From contig CALBDO010000003.1 in the NCBI GenBank assembly GCA_937927515.1, forward strand, positions 1,066 to 65,065: a stretch of 64,000 nucleotides of DNA. The letters are read 5' to 3'. Positions within the stretch are counted from its first letter, which is position 1. Every line of letters starts with the position of its first letter. This document shows positions 63,491 to 64,000 of this stretch, piece after piece. Source of the DNA: Candidatus Kapaibacterium sp. (GTDB lineage: Bacteria; Bacteroidota; Ignavibacteria; Kapaibacteriales; UBA2268). The notes under the pieces were generated by a model. It worked only from the letters and a program-made list of their open reading frames with translations, did not search any database and was not told the DNA's origin. Both the position numbers and the translations under genes were made by a program.

Positions 63491-63597
63491 TTGTTCTCCT
63501 TTGCAAACACGGCAGGCGTTGCCGTTTCCAACAACACCCTATCGGCTAAGGAACCATATTGATATTTCAACTTAGGTTCCAAAGCTCGGAGAAACAA
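63491..63597 (-). ncRNA. Moco RNA motif riboswitch, P3-less (tungsten-cofactor-associated) variant
   Basis: Minus strand reads CUCCGAGC..GGAACCUAAG..UAUGGUUCC..GCCGAU-AGGGUGUUGUUG-GAAA-CGGCAACGCCUGCCGU..GCAAAGGAG, matching the Moco motif; flanked by a TorD-family gene and a mobA operon. Confidence 0.88.
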
Positions 63598-64000
63598 TTA
63601 GAAAATTTCAAAGAACTTCTCGGTCATCAATGCTAAATTTCTATAAAGTGTGTTATTTGTTACAGACTTTACTTTTTCGGTGAACTGAGGAATCCAGGAT
63701 TTTACATATAAATCCAGAAACTCCTTTCGTTTGGCACCCCAATCAATATTTGGATACTCTTCGTTACCAAAATTTTCGCAATGAAGTAGGTAGTGGAGAA
63801 ATTGCAAAATAACAACGATATTATCGGGCAAATCTCGAACATTTTCGTCGAAAAGAAGTCCACATTCGTTATAAAAATTTAAAATTTTTTGAGTGCTTTT
63901 CCCATTCAGAGTATAATTATCAAGATATACAGAGGCATAAGGATGTGCGACTACTCCAAAAGGTCCAAGAAAAGTTTTAGCATATTCTTGCATGAGCTCT
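63598..64000 (-). CDS. TorD/DmsD-family molybdoenzyme chaperone (5' end outside the window)
   Basis: EY..TFLGP....HPYASVY, DLPDNI...LQFL, W...F and LY..LA; frame open to the window edge. Confidence 0.85.
   Translation of the reverse strand, partial: ELMQEYAKTFLGPFGVVAHPYASVYLDNYTLNGKSTQKILNFYNECGLLFDENVRDLPDNIVVILQFLHYLLHCENFGNEEYPNIDWGAKRKEFLDLYVKSWIPQFTEKVKSVTNNTLYRNLALMTEKFFEIF

Overview
AT-rich bacterial chromosome segment. It is probably from an Ignavibacteria/Kapabacteria-like member of the FCB group, inferred from T9SS-type C-terminal domains, TAnnTTTG promoter motifs, a clade II nos cluster and frequent GGAGG Shine-Dalgarno sites. From left to right it holds: a type I-B cas operon (cas8b-7-5-3-6-1-2, cas4 cut by the window edge, no array visible) with a probable internal Cas11 start; tyrosine phenol-lyase; housekeeping genes (pyrE, parAB, uvrC, nadD, rpmG, serC, clpS, gpsA, plsY, serA); and an 11-gene chemosensory/two-component operon with no MCP or CheW. 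Next come a RAPP-motif leader ORF ahead of a His-rich lipoprotein and TonB receptor, a decayed region, a clade II nitrous-oxide reductase operon, and a Rieske/cytochrome b-like/YceI/secreted CxxCH cluster. The best candidate for an undescribed system is at the right end. A P3-less Moco/Wco-type riboswitch with a readable terminator/antiterminator sits directly after a TorD-family gene. It precedes a CMD protein, two membrane proteins, a TonB-dependent receptor, a P-loop NTPase and MobA, which together suggest molybdenum/tungsten-cofactor import and salvage. All calls come from motif recognition by eye; no database searches were run.
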